From a phage, in sequence record PZ386980.1: DNA of 64,000 nucleotides, one strand, 5' to 3'. Of this stretch, positions 42,697 to 51,545 are shown in pieces (within the stretch, counting starts at the first letter, position 1; the number at the start of each line of letters is the position of its first letter). The notes under the pieces are model-generated. The model worked only from the letters and a program-made list of their open reading frames with translations. It was not told where the DNA came from and made no database searches. The translations under genes were made by a program, and so were the position numbers.

Positions 42697-44516
42697 TACT
42701 GGCTCATCCATTCTTTACGAAGGTCAGCATTATCTCCCATGAGCATTTCAAAAAGCTCTTTCCAGTTCTCAGGAAGTTTAACAACATCATATACTGGATT
42801 TTGAATCATCTCACGATATTCAGATTTTTCCAAAGAGCCAAGTCCCTTAATATAACGGATACTATGTTTAGGTAGAGCATCTTTAGCACTCTCATATTCA
42901 GCGACTGTATAAAACCATTCTTGTTTTTTACCGACCTGAGCGATGATTACAGGAGTTTTGACAAAGCGAATTCGTCCTTGCTCAAACAGTTCTGGCCAAT
43001 TACTAAAAAATCCAAGAAGAGAAGGATAAATGCTTCCTAGACCATCATGGTCAGCATCAGTCATAATAGCAATATTGCGATAATTCAAGTTTTCAGCTTT
43101 TTCACCAAGAACTAGACCAGTGATTGCGCAAATATCAAATAGTTCTTTGTTTTTAAGCATATCGGCATATGACATACCCCAGCTATTAAGAACTTTACCG
43201 CGCAATGGATAACCACCATGAAGTTCTTTATCGCGAACATCAATAAGATATCCGATAGCTGAATCACCCTCAGTCAAGAACAATGTAGTGTCAGCATCTT
43301 TACCGCAAAGATTCGCTTTAATATGTTTATGAACCTTAGCTTTAGAAGCCTTTTTAGCTGCTTTAGTTTCTGCTGCTTTTTCTGCCGCCAATTTACGAGC
43401 CAAAGCAGCTTCAATAATCGGCATTAAAATTGCTTCATTATTTAGAATAGCGCGTGAAATCTTTTTAGCATCAAGCTGAATATGACTACGAATTTCGCCA
43501 AATGGAGAAGTCAAACGCTCTTTAGTTTGAGAATCAAATCGCATGTTTTTCATATCACGAACAAACATAACGATAGTCAAACATTCTTTGACACGTGCTT
43601 TAGTTACATCAATTTTGAATTTACGTTTGATTTGTGGAATAAGGTCTTCACAAATATCATCCATAACGCAGTCAATGTGATGGCCACCATTCTTAGTGTG
43701 AATGTTATTCACGTAAGTTAATTGACGAAATCCATCCGGTGAACGACCAACCGCAATAGAACAATTTTCTTGTTCTTGAACGATAGCATGTTCATCATAC
43801 TGTCGTGCATATTTCTTAAAATTGCCCTGAACCTTTTTACCATTAAAGGTAAATTGAATATCAGGATAAACGACAGCAAGTGTCTGGAGACGATCCAGTG
43901 TAATGTCAAGATAAACCTGGGACAGCTCATTAGTTTCAAATGACATAAAATCAGGAATGAAAGTAACACGAGTTCCTTTCCATTTTCCAGGAATAGTTTC
44001 CCAGGATTTATTTTCCATACCATTTGAACAACGAACTACAATATTATTTTGACCATCGCCAGTTTCACCAACAAACATCACAGAAAAAATGTTTGTCAAA
44101 CTAGAACCAACGCCATTCATACCACCGGTGACGCGTTCTTTATCATCACCGAAGTTACCACCTGCTTTTGGAATAGTCCAGGCAGCAACAGGACCAGGAA
44201 TTTCTTCACCAGTAGGTGTTTTAACCATCGCTTGTGGAATACCACGACCGTTATCTTCAACTGTTACTTGATTGTTTTTGATAGTAACATTAATTTTATT
44301 TGCGAATTTAAACTTAGTACGAATACCTTCATCTACTGAGTTATCGATAATTTCATCAATAAGCTTAACAAGACCAGGTACATACTGAACACTTTCCCAT
44401 TTACCAAACAGAAAGCGCTCATGCATTTCATTAGCAGAAGAGCCAATATACATGCCGCTACGCTTTTTGATATGTTCAATATCGCTCAGAATTTTAATTT
44501 CATTCTTAATCATCAC
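42696..44516 (-). CDS. 39: topoisomerase II large (ATPase) subunit, continuous 39+60-type gene
   Basis: 606-aa single ORF; C-terminal ~135 aa (..IAIMTDADHDGLGSIYPSLLGFFSNW..KEWMSQ) matches recalled T4 gp60, N-terminal part matches gp39. Confidence 0.92.
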   Translation of the reverse strand: MMIKNEIKILSDIEHIKKRSGMYIGSSANEMHERFLFGKWESVQYVPGLVKLIDEIIDNSVDEGIRTKFKFANKINVTIKNNQVTVEDNGRGIPQAMVKTPTGEEIPGPVAAWTIPKAGGNFGDDKERVTGGMNGVGSSLTNIFSVMFVGETGDGQNNIVVRCSNGMENKSWETIPGKWKGTRVTFIPDFMSFETNELSQVYLDITLDRLQTLAVVYPDIQFTFNGKKVQGNFKKYARQYDEHAIVQEQENCSIAVGRSPDGFRQLTYVNNIHTKNGGHHIDCVMDDICEDLIPQIKRKFKIDVTKARVKECLTIVMFVRDMKNMRFDSQTKERLTSPFGEIRSHIQLDAKKISRAILNNEAILMPIIEAALARKLAAEKAAETKAAKKASKAKVHKHIKANLCGKDADTTLFLTEGDSAIGYLIDVRDKELHGGYPLRGKVLNSWGMSYADMLKNKELFDICAITGLVLGEKAENLNYRNIAIMTDADHDGLGSIYPSLLGFFSNWPELFEQGRIRFVKTPVIIAQVGKKQEWFYTVAEYESAKDALPKHSIRYIKGLGSLEKSEYREMIQNPVYDVVKLPENWKELFEMLMGDNADLRKEWMSQ

Positions 44517-44582
44517 TTATCCTCGTTTGGTTTCGGGAATATTATACTCCGGCAATCATAAAGCTAAAGGCCCGAAGGCCTT

Positions 44583-44843
44583 TTATTTAAAACGAATAGT
44601 TGAATCCTTAAAGAACAGCCCAGAACATACTGTTCCTTCTACTTTCTGCCCAGTAGGTCCAATAGCACGAAATCCAGTATGTTGGAAATCATTTTCAGAG
44701 CAACCGAACCAGTTATATCCAGTGATTTCAATATTCGTAAAACCACTTGATGATAAAATTTTAGTTGCATTATCAGCATCAGTACATCCTACTAAAGATA
44801 CTGCTAATACTAATGCTGCAATAGAACGATTAATATATTTCAT
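44583..44843 (-). CDS. putative lipoprotein (86 aa)
   Basis: track ORF (GTG at 44852) trimmed to ATG 44843; signal peptide with lipobox LVGC. Confidence 0.55.
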   Translation of the reverse strand: MKYINRSIAALVLAVSLVGCTDADNATKILSSSGFTNIEITGYNWFGCSENDFQHTGFRAIGPTGQKVEGTVCSGLFFKDSTIRFK

Positions 44844-44848
44844 AGTTT

Positions 44849-45223
44849 TCACTTAAATTTAATGGCTTGAAGGAGACTAATAATTCTCAAACGGCTTCTT
44901 TCATCTTTAACTGTAAAAGAAAGAGGGTCGCCAGATTTCATGGTAATAGTGCATTCAAAATCAAAATCTTCAGTGACTTCTTCGAAGAAGTCAAATTCTT
45001 CATCATAAATTAGAACACTACTTTGCAGACTGTGAAGAGTTTTTCCAGCATTTCTGCTAACTGCTGTACTAATCATTGTAACATTATGACCTTTCATATC
45101 TTCGACGATAAATTCACTAGTCAATATTACAGCATTAATAGAACTATTCCTATTACTAGCAGAAAGTAGAAATTTCTGTTCTTCACCTTCACGAATACGA
45201 TATTTCTTACCAATTTTAAACAT
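44849..45223 (-). CDS. hypothetical protein (124 aa)
   Basis: track ORF. Confidence 0.5.
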   Translation of the reverse strand: MFKIGKKYRIREGEEQKFLLSASNRNSSINAVILTSEFIVEDMKGHNVTMISTAVSRNAGKTLHSLQSSVLIYDEEFDFFEEVTEDFDFECTITMKSGDPLSFTVKDERSRLRIISLLQAIKFK

Positions 45224-45225
45224 AA

Positions 45226-45402
45226 TTATCCCTTAAGTAAGTCGTAAAATCCACCATTCACATGCTTAGGAGCAGAAGGCCGACGAGTAGACAAACGATG
45301 ACATTTAGGACAAACATCATTTTCTCGTTCAGAAATCTTTTTAATTTTTTCATATTCATGCCCGCAATCTTTAGATTGGCATTTATAATCATACATCGGC
45401 AT
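45226..45402 (-). CDS. FmdB-like zinc-ribbon protein (58 aa), not in ORF track
   Basis: MPMYDYKCQSKDCGHEYEKIKKISERENDVCPKCHRLSTRRP..; CxxC..CxxC arrangement. Confidence 0.5.
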   Translation of the reverse strand: MPMYDYKCQSKDCGHEYEKIKKISERENDVCPKCHRLSTRRPSAPKHVNGGFYDLLKG

Positions 45403-45404
45403 AA

Positions 45405-45830
45405 TTATTCCTTAAAATGTGCTTTCAACATCTGATACAAGGACCATGCCTGTTCATTATTTTCAATAGTAACTTTCATGACTGGAAATTCTGTGAAATC
45501 TTCTATTTGTTCTTGCTCTTTCTCTTCCTGCTCTTGCTCTTCAGCTGCCTGGTATGGATTTTCCACTTCATCAAAGAACACAGCTTCACTCGTTGAAAGC
45601 CAGATAAAATCTTCATCCAAAATATCTTTACCAGAAGATAACGCCAATTTTCCACTAGATGTCACAAGTTTAGTAGGACGACCAAGATAGTCAATATCTG
45701 TAACTCTAAAAGGTTCCATACCAAGACGTCGTGCATAAATTCCGTTTTCAGTATGGTCCTTGATAAAATCTTCTTGAGCTTGTTTATTTTTAAATTGATA
45801 CCATTTATTAACTTCAAATTTAATAGCCAT
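45405..45830 (-). CDS. hypothetical acidic protein (141 aa)
   Basis: track ORF (TTG at 45848) trimmed to ATG 45830 overlapping upstream stop (TAATG). Confidence 0.5.
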   Translation of the reverse strand: MAIKFEVNKWYQFKNKQAQEDFIKDHTENGIYARRLGMEPFRVTDIDYLGRPTKLVTSSGKLALSSGKDILDEDFIWLSTSEAVFFDEVENPYQAAEEQEQEEKEQEQIEDFTEFPVMKVTIENNEQAWSLYQMLKAHFKE

Positions 45831-46045
45831 TAATAAGTTTCCTTCCAATAAGTTGTACCATCTTCAGTAATTTCGCGAAACACACCATAAATTGGTTGTT
45901 TATCACCAACTTTTTCGTACACATAAACCGAAGTCAAGTGAGTAAACTTATTAGTATGTTCCTTTTGAACTACTACCAGATTTGGATCAAATAATACATC
46001 TTCAAATTCGTCATTAGTGCAATTCTGAACAATTTTACGTTTCAT
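45830..46045 (-). CDS. hypothetical protein (71 aa)
   Basis: track ORF. Confidence 0.5.
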   Translation of the reverse strand: MKRKIVQNCTNDEFEDVLFDPNLVVVQKEHTNKFTHLTSVYVYEKVGDKQPIYGVFREITEDGTTYWKETY

Positions 46046-46058
46046 TACAATTTCCTCA

Positions 46059-46328
46059 TTAATTGAACAGTGGAGCGATGCGTTTCAGAAGAGTAGCAGC
46101 ACCTTTAGCGAATTTTACATCATGAAAAACAGTTTCTTCTTCCGTTACAACACGAACTTTAATGTTTTCACAATCCCAATTTTTACGAACAATCTTCAAA
46201 AGCTGCAGTAAATCTTTACATTCAGCAATATCGATAACACATCCACGAGAATCTTCCATTATCGCACGATAACCGTAAGCCATACCATAATCGTTGAAAG
46301 ATTGCTCGATGATAATTAAGTTTTCCAT
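46059..46328 (-). CDS. hypothetical protein (89 aa)
   Basis: track ORF (TTG at 46340) trimmed to ATG 46328 with GGAG RBS. Confidence 0.5.
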   Translation of the reverse strand: MENLIIIEQSFNDYGMAYGYRAIMEDSRGCVIDIAECKDLLQLLKIVRKNWDCENIKVRVVTEEETVFHDVKFAKGAATLLKRIAPLFN

Positions 46329-46353
46329 TTTATTCTCCAAGTTATTTTCTGTA

Positions 46354-46394
46354 TCAGTAGTTGATATTGATATAGTACCATAATCAACTACTGA
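46354..46394. repeat. 12-bp perfect inverted repeat flanking a promoter-like -10 element
   Basis: tcagtagttgat (46354-46365) .. 17 nt including atagta .. atcaactactga (46383-46394). Confidence 0.6.
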
Positions 46395-46435
46395 TGTATA
46401 TAGTTTTATGAAAAAATTTTAAACTTTATGCAAAT

Positions 46436-46855
46436 TTATGCTAAAGCTGCTTCGCACCATTTTTTAATTTGGAATTCAGGAACTACCATGAACTGGCCTG
46501 CAAAAACAATATTGTAGAGCTTGACACCATCTTCTACCCAACGGTCCGAAATAAAACCAGCGACTTGATTCGTTGTCCATGGAGTTCCATCTGTTGCCGC
46601 CGCAATTGTGAATTTATGGTCTTTTACAACTAAAACTGAAGAACAAAGTTTCCATTTAAATGCGCTTTCTTCTGGCTCAATGAACTGACTTGAGACATAG
46701 CCAATGTTACCATCAGCGTCACGAACTTTAACCTCGTTACGACCAAAAACTGGATCACTTACAGAAAGAACTTCAACCAGCTTTCCTGCAACTTTAGAAC
46801 GAGAAGCAACGGATACATATACGTAATCACCAGTAGAGAGATTTACAATATTCAT
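46436..46855 (-). CDS. paralog family member 1 (139 aa)
   Basis: shares VSxASRSKxAGxLVEV, FKWxLC and (F/W)(I/V)(S/T)D(R/Q)W(V/L)EDG..L(Y/L)N(I/V)V..G.F motifs with the next two ORFs. Confidence 0.55.
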   Translation of the reverse strand: MNIVNLSTGDYVYVSVASRSKVAGKLVEVLSVSDPVFGRNEVKVRDADGNIGYVSSQFIEPEESAFKWKLCSSVLVVKDHKFTIAAATDGTPWTTNQVAGFISDRWVEDGVKLYNIVFAGQFMVVPEFQIKKWCEAALA

Positions 46856-46864
46856 AATAATTCC

Positions 46865-47338
46865 TTAAGCTTTACGAGGAGAAGCATAACGAGTGATTTC
46901 AGATTCTTCAACAACCCGGAAGTCACCTAAGAATACGATATTGTAGAGCTTTTCACCATCTTCAACCCATTGGTCTGTGATGAAGCCACACATCCTATCA
47001 GTTTTACTTGGACCAGCGAAATCATCAATATAATCGAATTCTTCATCAGTTACAAATTCAACGCCTTTACACAACGCCCATTTAAATTGTGCATTAGACT
47101 CAGTGGATTCAACTTCTTCAACAGAAGTAAAATGAGAGCTAACACGAGTTTCCAGAAATTTAGGACTTACGTAAGCGTACTGAGTTTCAGTTTTTCCAGA
47201 ACTAGGAATGATTCGAACTTTAACTTCTTTAACACGACCAGTACCATTAGTACGAAGTCCTACCACTTCAACTAGACGACCTGCAGCTTTAGAACGAGAT
47301 GCAGACGATACACGCTTAATTTCACCGATAGTAATCAT
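46865..47338 (-). CDS. paralog family member 2 (157 aa)
   Basis: see family motifs above. Confidence 0.55.
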   Translation of the reverse strand: MITIGEIKRVSSASRSKAAGRLVEVVGLRTNGTGRVKEVKVRIIPSSGKTETQYAYVSPKFLETRVSSHFTSVEEVESTESNAQFKWALCKGVEFVTDEEFDYIDDFAGPSKTDRMCGFITDQWVEDGEKLYNIVFLGDFRVVEESEITRYASPRKA

Positions 47339-47410
47339 AATTTTTCTCTCTTTGTTGTTAAGATTTATTCTCCATGAGAGCCATTATAACAGGCTCTCTA
47401 TAAAGTAAAC

Positions 47411-47920
47411 TTAATTAAGGATATTAATTACTGCACTGCGTGGAACTACACTAAAATCACCTGCATGAACAACGTTCAGAAGTTCAACACCATCTTCAAG
47501 CCACTGGTCAGTTACCCAACCACTTACTGGACCAGCAAATGGTCGACGAATTGAAACAGCTTTACACAACAAGTCAGTAGGCTCGATAGGCTTAACCAGA
47601 GTACCGTACATACAAGCAATGTCCATATCAAAGTGGAGACCAGTGCTAACAGGTGCTTCTTCAATCAACAATTCGAAATCTTGTTCTGTAATATAGACCG
47701 TAGATATTGTACCATATAAGTTTTTAATTCTTAAGAATGATACAGATGAAGCTGTGGCAGTTGATGCAAAAATAGGACCAGCATTTACAATAGTGAAACC
47801 TTTACCTTGGGTAACACCAATAAGCTCGCAAAACTTACTATAAGAACCATTATTTGCTTCAAACCAGTTTACTTGCTTTTCGTCTTTCAGGATGTAAGTA
47901 GCTGTAGTACTGATATTCAT
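47411..47920 (-). CDS. paralog family member 3 (169 aa, C-terminal motif only)
   Basis: C-terminus WVTDQWLEDGVELLNVVHAGDFSVVP matches the family motif. Confidence 0.55.
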   Translation of the reverse strand: MNISTTATYILKDEKQVNWFEANNGSYSKFCELIGVTQGKGFTIVNAGPIFASTATASSVSFLRIKNLYGTISTVYITEQDFELLIEEAPVSTGLHFDMDIACMYGTLVKPIEPTDLLCKAVSIRRPFAGPVSGWVTDQWLEDGVELLNVVHAGDFSVVPRSAVINILN

Positions 47921-47932
47921 GATGTTTTCCCC

Positions 47933-48436
47933 TTAATCTAAGGTAATAAAGCCTTTTAATTCGGCATGTGACTTGCGGAACATTACTTGATGACCGCCAA
48001 TGATAACTTGGTCATCAGGTACTTCGTATACAGCGAGATAAAATCCTTTAGAAGCTAATTCTTCGCGCTCTTCTCGTGTGAACCATCTCATCATATCATA
48101 TTCGCTAGCGAAAGCAAAATGATAAAGAGCTATAAACCATCCTGGAATATAGTGATCTACGCCTACATATTCTTCTTTCTCAAAATTAGTATTAATTGCT
48201 ATATTAGCATTTTTAACTAATAATTTGTCTTCATGCGGCACAGGAATTCTTTTATTATCATTACTATGATGCATAAAATTGGGTCTGTCATAACCTACGC
48301 GTAATAACCACTCTTCGCTCCATGAATCTATTATACTCCTGTATGGCGTTATTTGAACACAAAGATCTCGACGTATTGTTATAGCATCTTCATAATTAAG
48401 AATACTAAATGATGATTCAACACGATAAATTTTCAT
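47933..48436 (-). CDS. hypothetical protein (167 aa), position of T4 motB
   Basis: track ORF trimmed to ATG 48436 with GAGGA RBS; promoter 48464-48493 upstream. Confidence 0.5.
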   Translation of the reverse strand: MKIYRVESSFSILNYEDAITIRRDLCVQITPYRSIIDSWSEEWLLRVGYDRPNFMHHSNDNKRIPVPHEDKLLVKNANIAINTNFEKEEYVGVDHYIPGWFIALYHFAFASEYDMMRWFTREEREELASKGFYLAVYEVPDDQVIIGGHQVMFRKSHAELKGFITLD

Positions 48437-48463
48437 TTTATTATCCTCAGTAGCTATGGTGTT

Positions 48464-48493
48464 ATAATACCACAACTAACCGAGGAAGTAAAT
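48464..48493 (-). promoter_or_regulatory. T4-type early promoter (weaker -35)
   Basis: minus strand ATTTAC-18nt-TATTAT; 28 nt to ATG 48436. Confidence 0.5.
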
Positions 48494-48499
48494 AACTTT

Positions 48500-49183
48500 T
48501 TATCGTTTTGTTGGAAGAGATAGAGGATCGCATTCTTCCTCTGATGGAGCGTCTTCAAGACCCATAGCATAGCGCAAAGCATACTTCATCATCAGGATGT
48601 CTTTCGCACAGTCATGAATAGAATCATGCGCAACGAATCCATCTAAAGTTCCTTTTGGAAGAGGACACGTGGTCATATCACGAACAAGGAGAAGTGCTTC
48701 AATTCTGGTACGAATATCACGCTGATTCCAGAATTTACATGGTTCTAACTTAAATGTGTCAAGCTCATTCTCGGAAACGCCGTTAAGACGTTGAATATCG
48801 CGAATGAGATCGACTAAAATTGGAAAATCAAACGACATTCCACGGCACCAGCCTTGAGATTTCCAAGGATCGATATTATGCGCATTGATGTAATCATTAA
48901 ATTTTGCAATACCATCGATAGTGCTTACATCTTCATCTGATGGCGCAATATTTTTTCGAGCTTCAGGAGATTGATTCTTCCACCATTCGATAGTGCTTTT
49001 AGTAAAAAGACGATGTCCTTTTTGGCTTTTTAAATCAAATTTGATTTTAATGCCACGTGAAACTAATTCATCAAATGTTTCAACGACTTCTGGATTAGGG
49101 TCAAAAGCAATTACAGCCAAATCAATAACAGCTGCTTTTTCACCGCTTCCCATTGTTTCAAAATCTATAATAAAATCAAACAT
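48500..49183 (-). CDS. dexA: exonuclease A (DEDD family)
   Basis: 227 aa; MFDFIIDFETMGSGEKAAVIDLAVIAFD.. matches recalled T4 DexA. Confidence 0.9.
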   Translation of the reverse strand: MFDFIIDFETMGSGEKAAVIDLAVIAFDPNPEVVETFDELVSRGIKIKFDLKSQKGHRLFTKSTIEWWKNQSPEARKNIAPSDEDVSTIDGIAKFNDYINAHNIDPWKSQGWCRGMSFDFPILVDLIRDIQRLNGVSENELDTFKLEPCKFWNQRDIRTRIEALLLVRDMTTCPLPKGTLDGFVAHDSIHDCAKDILMMKYALRYAMGLEDAPSEEECDPLSLPTKR

Positions 49184-49440
49184 TAAATTTTCCTTGCTAA
49201 ATCGCGAATTTGACCTACAGTATAATCTTGGATATAAACTTTATTAATAGGCTCATCAATAAATTTTGCCATAGATTCAATATCTTTTTGTATCTCTTCA
49301 AGACTGTATACTATCTTTAAAGCTTTTTCGCGAATAGTAACATTATCAGGTCCTGGATTTTCTTGAATGACAGCTTTAACATTTGTCATAAGAGATTTAA
49401 ACTGGTACCAACTTAATTCAATCATTAATAATCGCCTCAT
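49183..49440 (-). CDS. hypothetical protein (85 aa)
   Basis: track ORF; weak similarity to next ORF (LEEI..D..V.I.DY.(V/L)G.I). Confidence 0.5.
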   Translation of the reverse strand: MRRLLMIELSWYQFKSLMTNVKAVIQENPGPDNVTIREKALKIVYSLEEIQKDIESMAKFIDEPINKVYIQDYTVGQIRDLARKI

Positions 49441-49678
49441 AAAGATAGCTAATTTCGCCTAAAACGTAATCATTGATTGTAACAGTTTTCACTTCACCAC
49501 AAAAGAATTCTAACGCAATTAAATCTCGTTCAATTTCTTCTAATTGAAGCATCAACTTACTAGATTCAATTTTTACAGTTTCACGATTTTTACCATGAGC
49601 AATTTCATAAATTTCGCTCACTTTATCTTGAAGCAGATAAAACTGGTCTTTAGTTATTTCCACGAATAGCTTCCTCAA
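49418..49678 (-). CDS. hypothetical protein (86 aa)
   Basis: track ORF. Confidence 0.5.
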   Translation of the reverse strand: MRKLFVEITKDQFYLLQDKVSEIYEIAHGKNRETVKIESSKLMLQLEEIERDLIALEFFCGEVKTVTINDYVLGEISYLYEAIIND

Positions 49679-49910
49679 ATTTAATTAGTAATTTACAGAC
49701 ACTTTCATCTAGTGTAATTACCGTATCTGTATTACTGTGATATGATTGTTTTTCAATTCGTTTAATTGCTAATATAGTATCACTTATAAGATAAAGCTTA
49801 TGAAGGAGCTCAGCTCCTGTTACCATAACATCGAGATTATCTTGCTTATTAGTATGCTTCCTTATACCATCTATTAGACGATTTAAATATTTTGAATTGA
49901 TGTTAATCAT
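49650..49910 (-). CDS. hypothetical protein (86 aa)
   Basis: track ORF. Confidence 0.5.
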   Translation of the reverse strand: MININSKYLNRLIDGIRKHTNKQDNLDVMVTGAELLHKLYLISDTILAIKRIEKQSYHSNTDTVITLDESVCKLLIKFEEAIRGNN

Positions 49911-49916
49911 ATAGCC

Positions 49917-51236
49917 TCACACATAAAACACATCATAACGACCACGTGTTACACCAACATAAAGAAGCTGCTGAGCTAGTTCAGCATCTGCATAATGAAT
50001 ACAAGGCGTATAAATGAAAGCACGGTCTACAGACATACCCTGAGCTTTATGGAATGTTGATGCAGGAAGTGCTTTCACTTTACTAAACTGTGATTTAGCA
50101 TCCCAAAAATCACTCCACGGAGCCTTTCCGCCTTTATTCCAATTTTTATAAGTTTCTGCTGTTTTACCTAAAAACAGGTTAAACTTATATAGCTCTTCAT
50201 CAGATGAAATTATTTTAATCTTTTCACGATAATATTCATCATCGCCGTAAGTTTCTACTGTTAAATCCCAATGACGAATTAAGTATTCTCCAGGAACACC
50301 ACGAGCTTTAACAAACGTCGATGTATACTCTGCTTCTATAATACGAACTAATTGTCCATTATTAAAAATAATTTCTGATACAGGCTTTCCATCAATTTTA
50401 TATGTTTTAATTAACGGTTCTTGCATTACAATAATTTCACCGACAATAAAGTCTTTATCAGTTTCAAAAATCTTTTTACGAATAATGCTATTTAACTTGT
50501 CAACAGATTTATTCGTAAATGCCATTACGCGATTTTCAAACAAATCATCTAGTGATTTGACGATTGAAAAATAATTTACCATAAAATCGCGTAAAGCGGT
50601 ATCACCAGTAAATCCACGTACTCCATGCCCATCAACAACTTTATCATAAATCCATTTACCGTTGCGAACATCAGTAGCTACATCAATAATAGGAGCATTA
50701 CTGCGTTTAACTTCAGTAAGTTCACACTGATAAAAATCTTTGTGTGTAAAGAATGGACTGATATAAGCAGTATTTTCTCCTGGGTCAACAGGTCTAATTT
50801 GCTTATTATCGCCTATTCCAATTATAGTACACCACGGTGGGATAGTTGAAAGCAAAATTTTGAAGAGCTTTCTATCATACATTGACACTTCGTCGCAGAT
50901 TAATACCCTGCATTTAGCTAAATCTGGTACTTCTTTTTGTTCAAAAAGAACGTTTTCTTCATATGTTACTGGGTTAATTTTAAGAATACTGTGAATAGTA
51001 CTCGCTTCTTTCCCCGACAGTTTTGAAAGAATCTTTTTAGCTGCATGTGTAGGAGCTGCCAAAATGATACCAGTTTCACCCGTAGATATTAAAGCTTCAA
51101 TGATGAACTTAGTAAGAGTAGTCTTACCAGTACCAGCAGGTCCATTAATAGTTACATGATGTTTCTTTTCTTTAATAGCCCTCATAGCGATGTTAAAGGC
51201 GTTTTTCTGGCCTTCTGTCAAATCATCAAATGTCAT
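49917..51236 (-). CDS. dda: Dda DNA helicase (SF1B)
   Basis: 439 aa; Walker A GPAGTGKTT; matches recalled T4 Dda. Confidence 0.92.
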   Translation of the reverse strand: MTFDDLTEGQKNAFNIAMRAIKEKKHHVTINGPAGTGKTTLTKFIIEALISTGETGIILAAPTHAAKKILSKLSGKEASTIHSILKINPVTYEENVLFEQKEVPDLAKCRVLICDEVSMYDRKLFKILLSTIPPWCTIIGIGDNKQIRPVDPGENTAYISPFFTHKDFYQCELTEVKRSNAPIIDVATDVRNGKWIYDKVVDGHGVRGFTGDTALRDFMVNYFSIVKSLDDLFENRVMAFTNKSVDKLNSIIRKKIFETDKDFIVGEIIVMQEPLIKTYKIDGKPVSEIIFNNGQLVRIIEAEYTSTFVKARGVPGEYLIRHWDLTVETYGDDEYYREKIKIISSDEELYKFNLFLGKTAETYKNWNKGGKAPWSDFWDAKSQFSKVKALPASTFHKAQGMSVDRAFIYTPCIHYADAELAQQLLYVGVTRGRYDVFYV

Positions 51237-51544
51237 CGGAAAGTCCCTGCAATTGGAATACTAACAATACGCCCAGTATCTAGAATTCGTTGATATAATC
51301 TTTGTGTATCTACATCAGGCTTAACATGTTTAACTTCTATTTTATTAAACCAAAACTTGCGTGGAGTCTCAACTAGTCTTGGAATTCCCATACCTAAAGC
51401 TAGTTTATATTGGTCTTTGAGAGTAGTAAAAACTCTATCAGCAATCTCTCTTTCAAAAAACACAGCAGGACGATGTTCATCAAGTGGAACTGGCGCCGTA
51501 AATCCGTCTTTGTCTCGGTAAACTATCGCATATACATAAACCAT
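51233..51544 (-). CDS. hypothetical protein (103 aa)
   Basis: track ORF. Confidence 0.5.
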   Translation of the reverse strand: MVYVYAIVYRDKDGFTAPVPLDEHRPAVFFEREIADRVFTTLKDQYKLALGMGIPRLVETPRKFWFNKIEVKHVKPDVDTQRLYQRILDTGRIVSIPIAGTFR

Positions 51545-51545
51545 A

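Noticed and set aside
42696-44516. Possible gene 60-type translational bypass element
   Set aside because: The gp60-homologous segment is read in frame as part of one 606-codon ORF; there is no in-frame stop followed by a gap.
44541-44569. Possible early promoter upstream of gene 39 (CTTTAG - 17 nt - TATAAT on minus strand)
   Set aside because: The -35 matches only 4 of 6 positions of the GTTTAC consensus seen elsewhere; left as unconfirmed.
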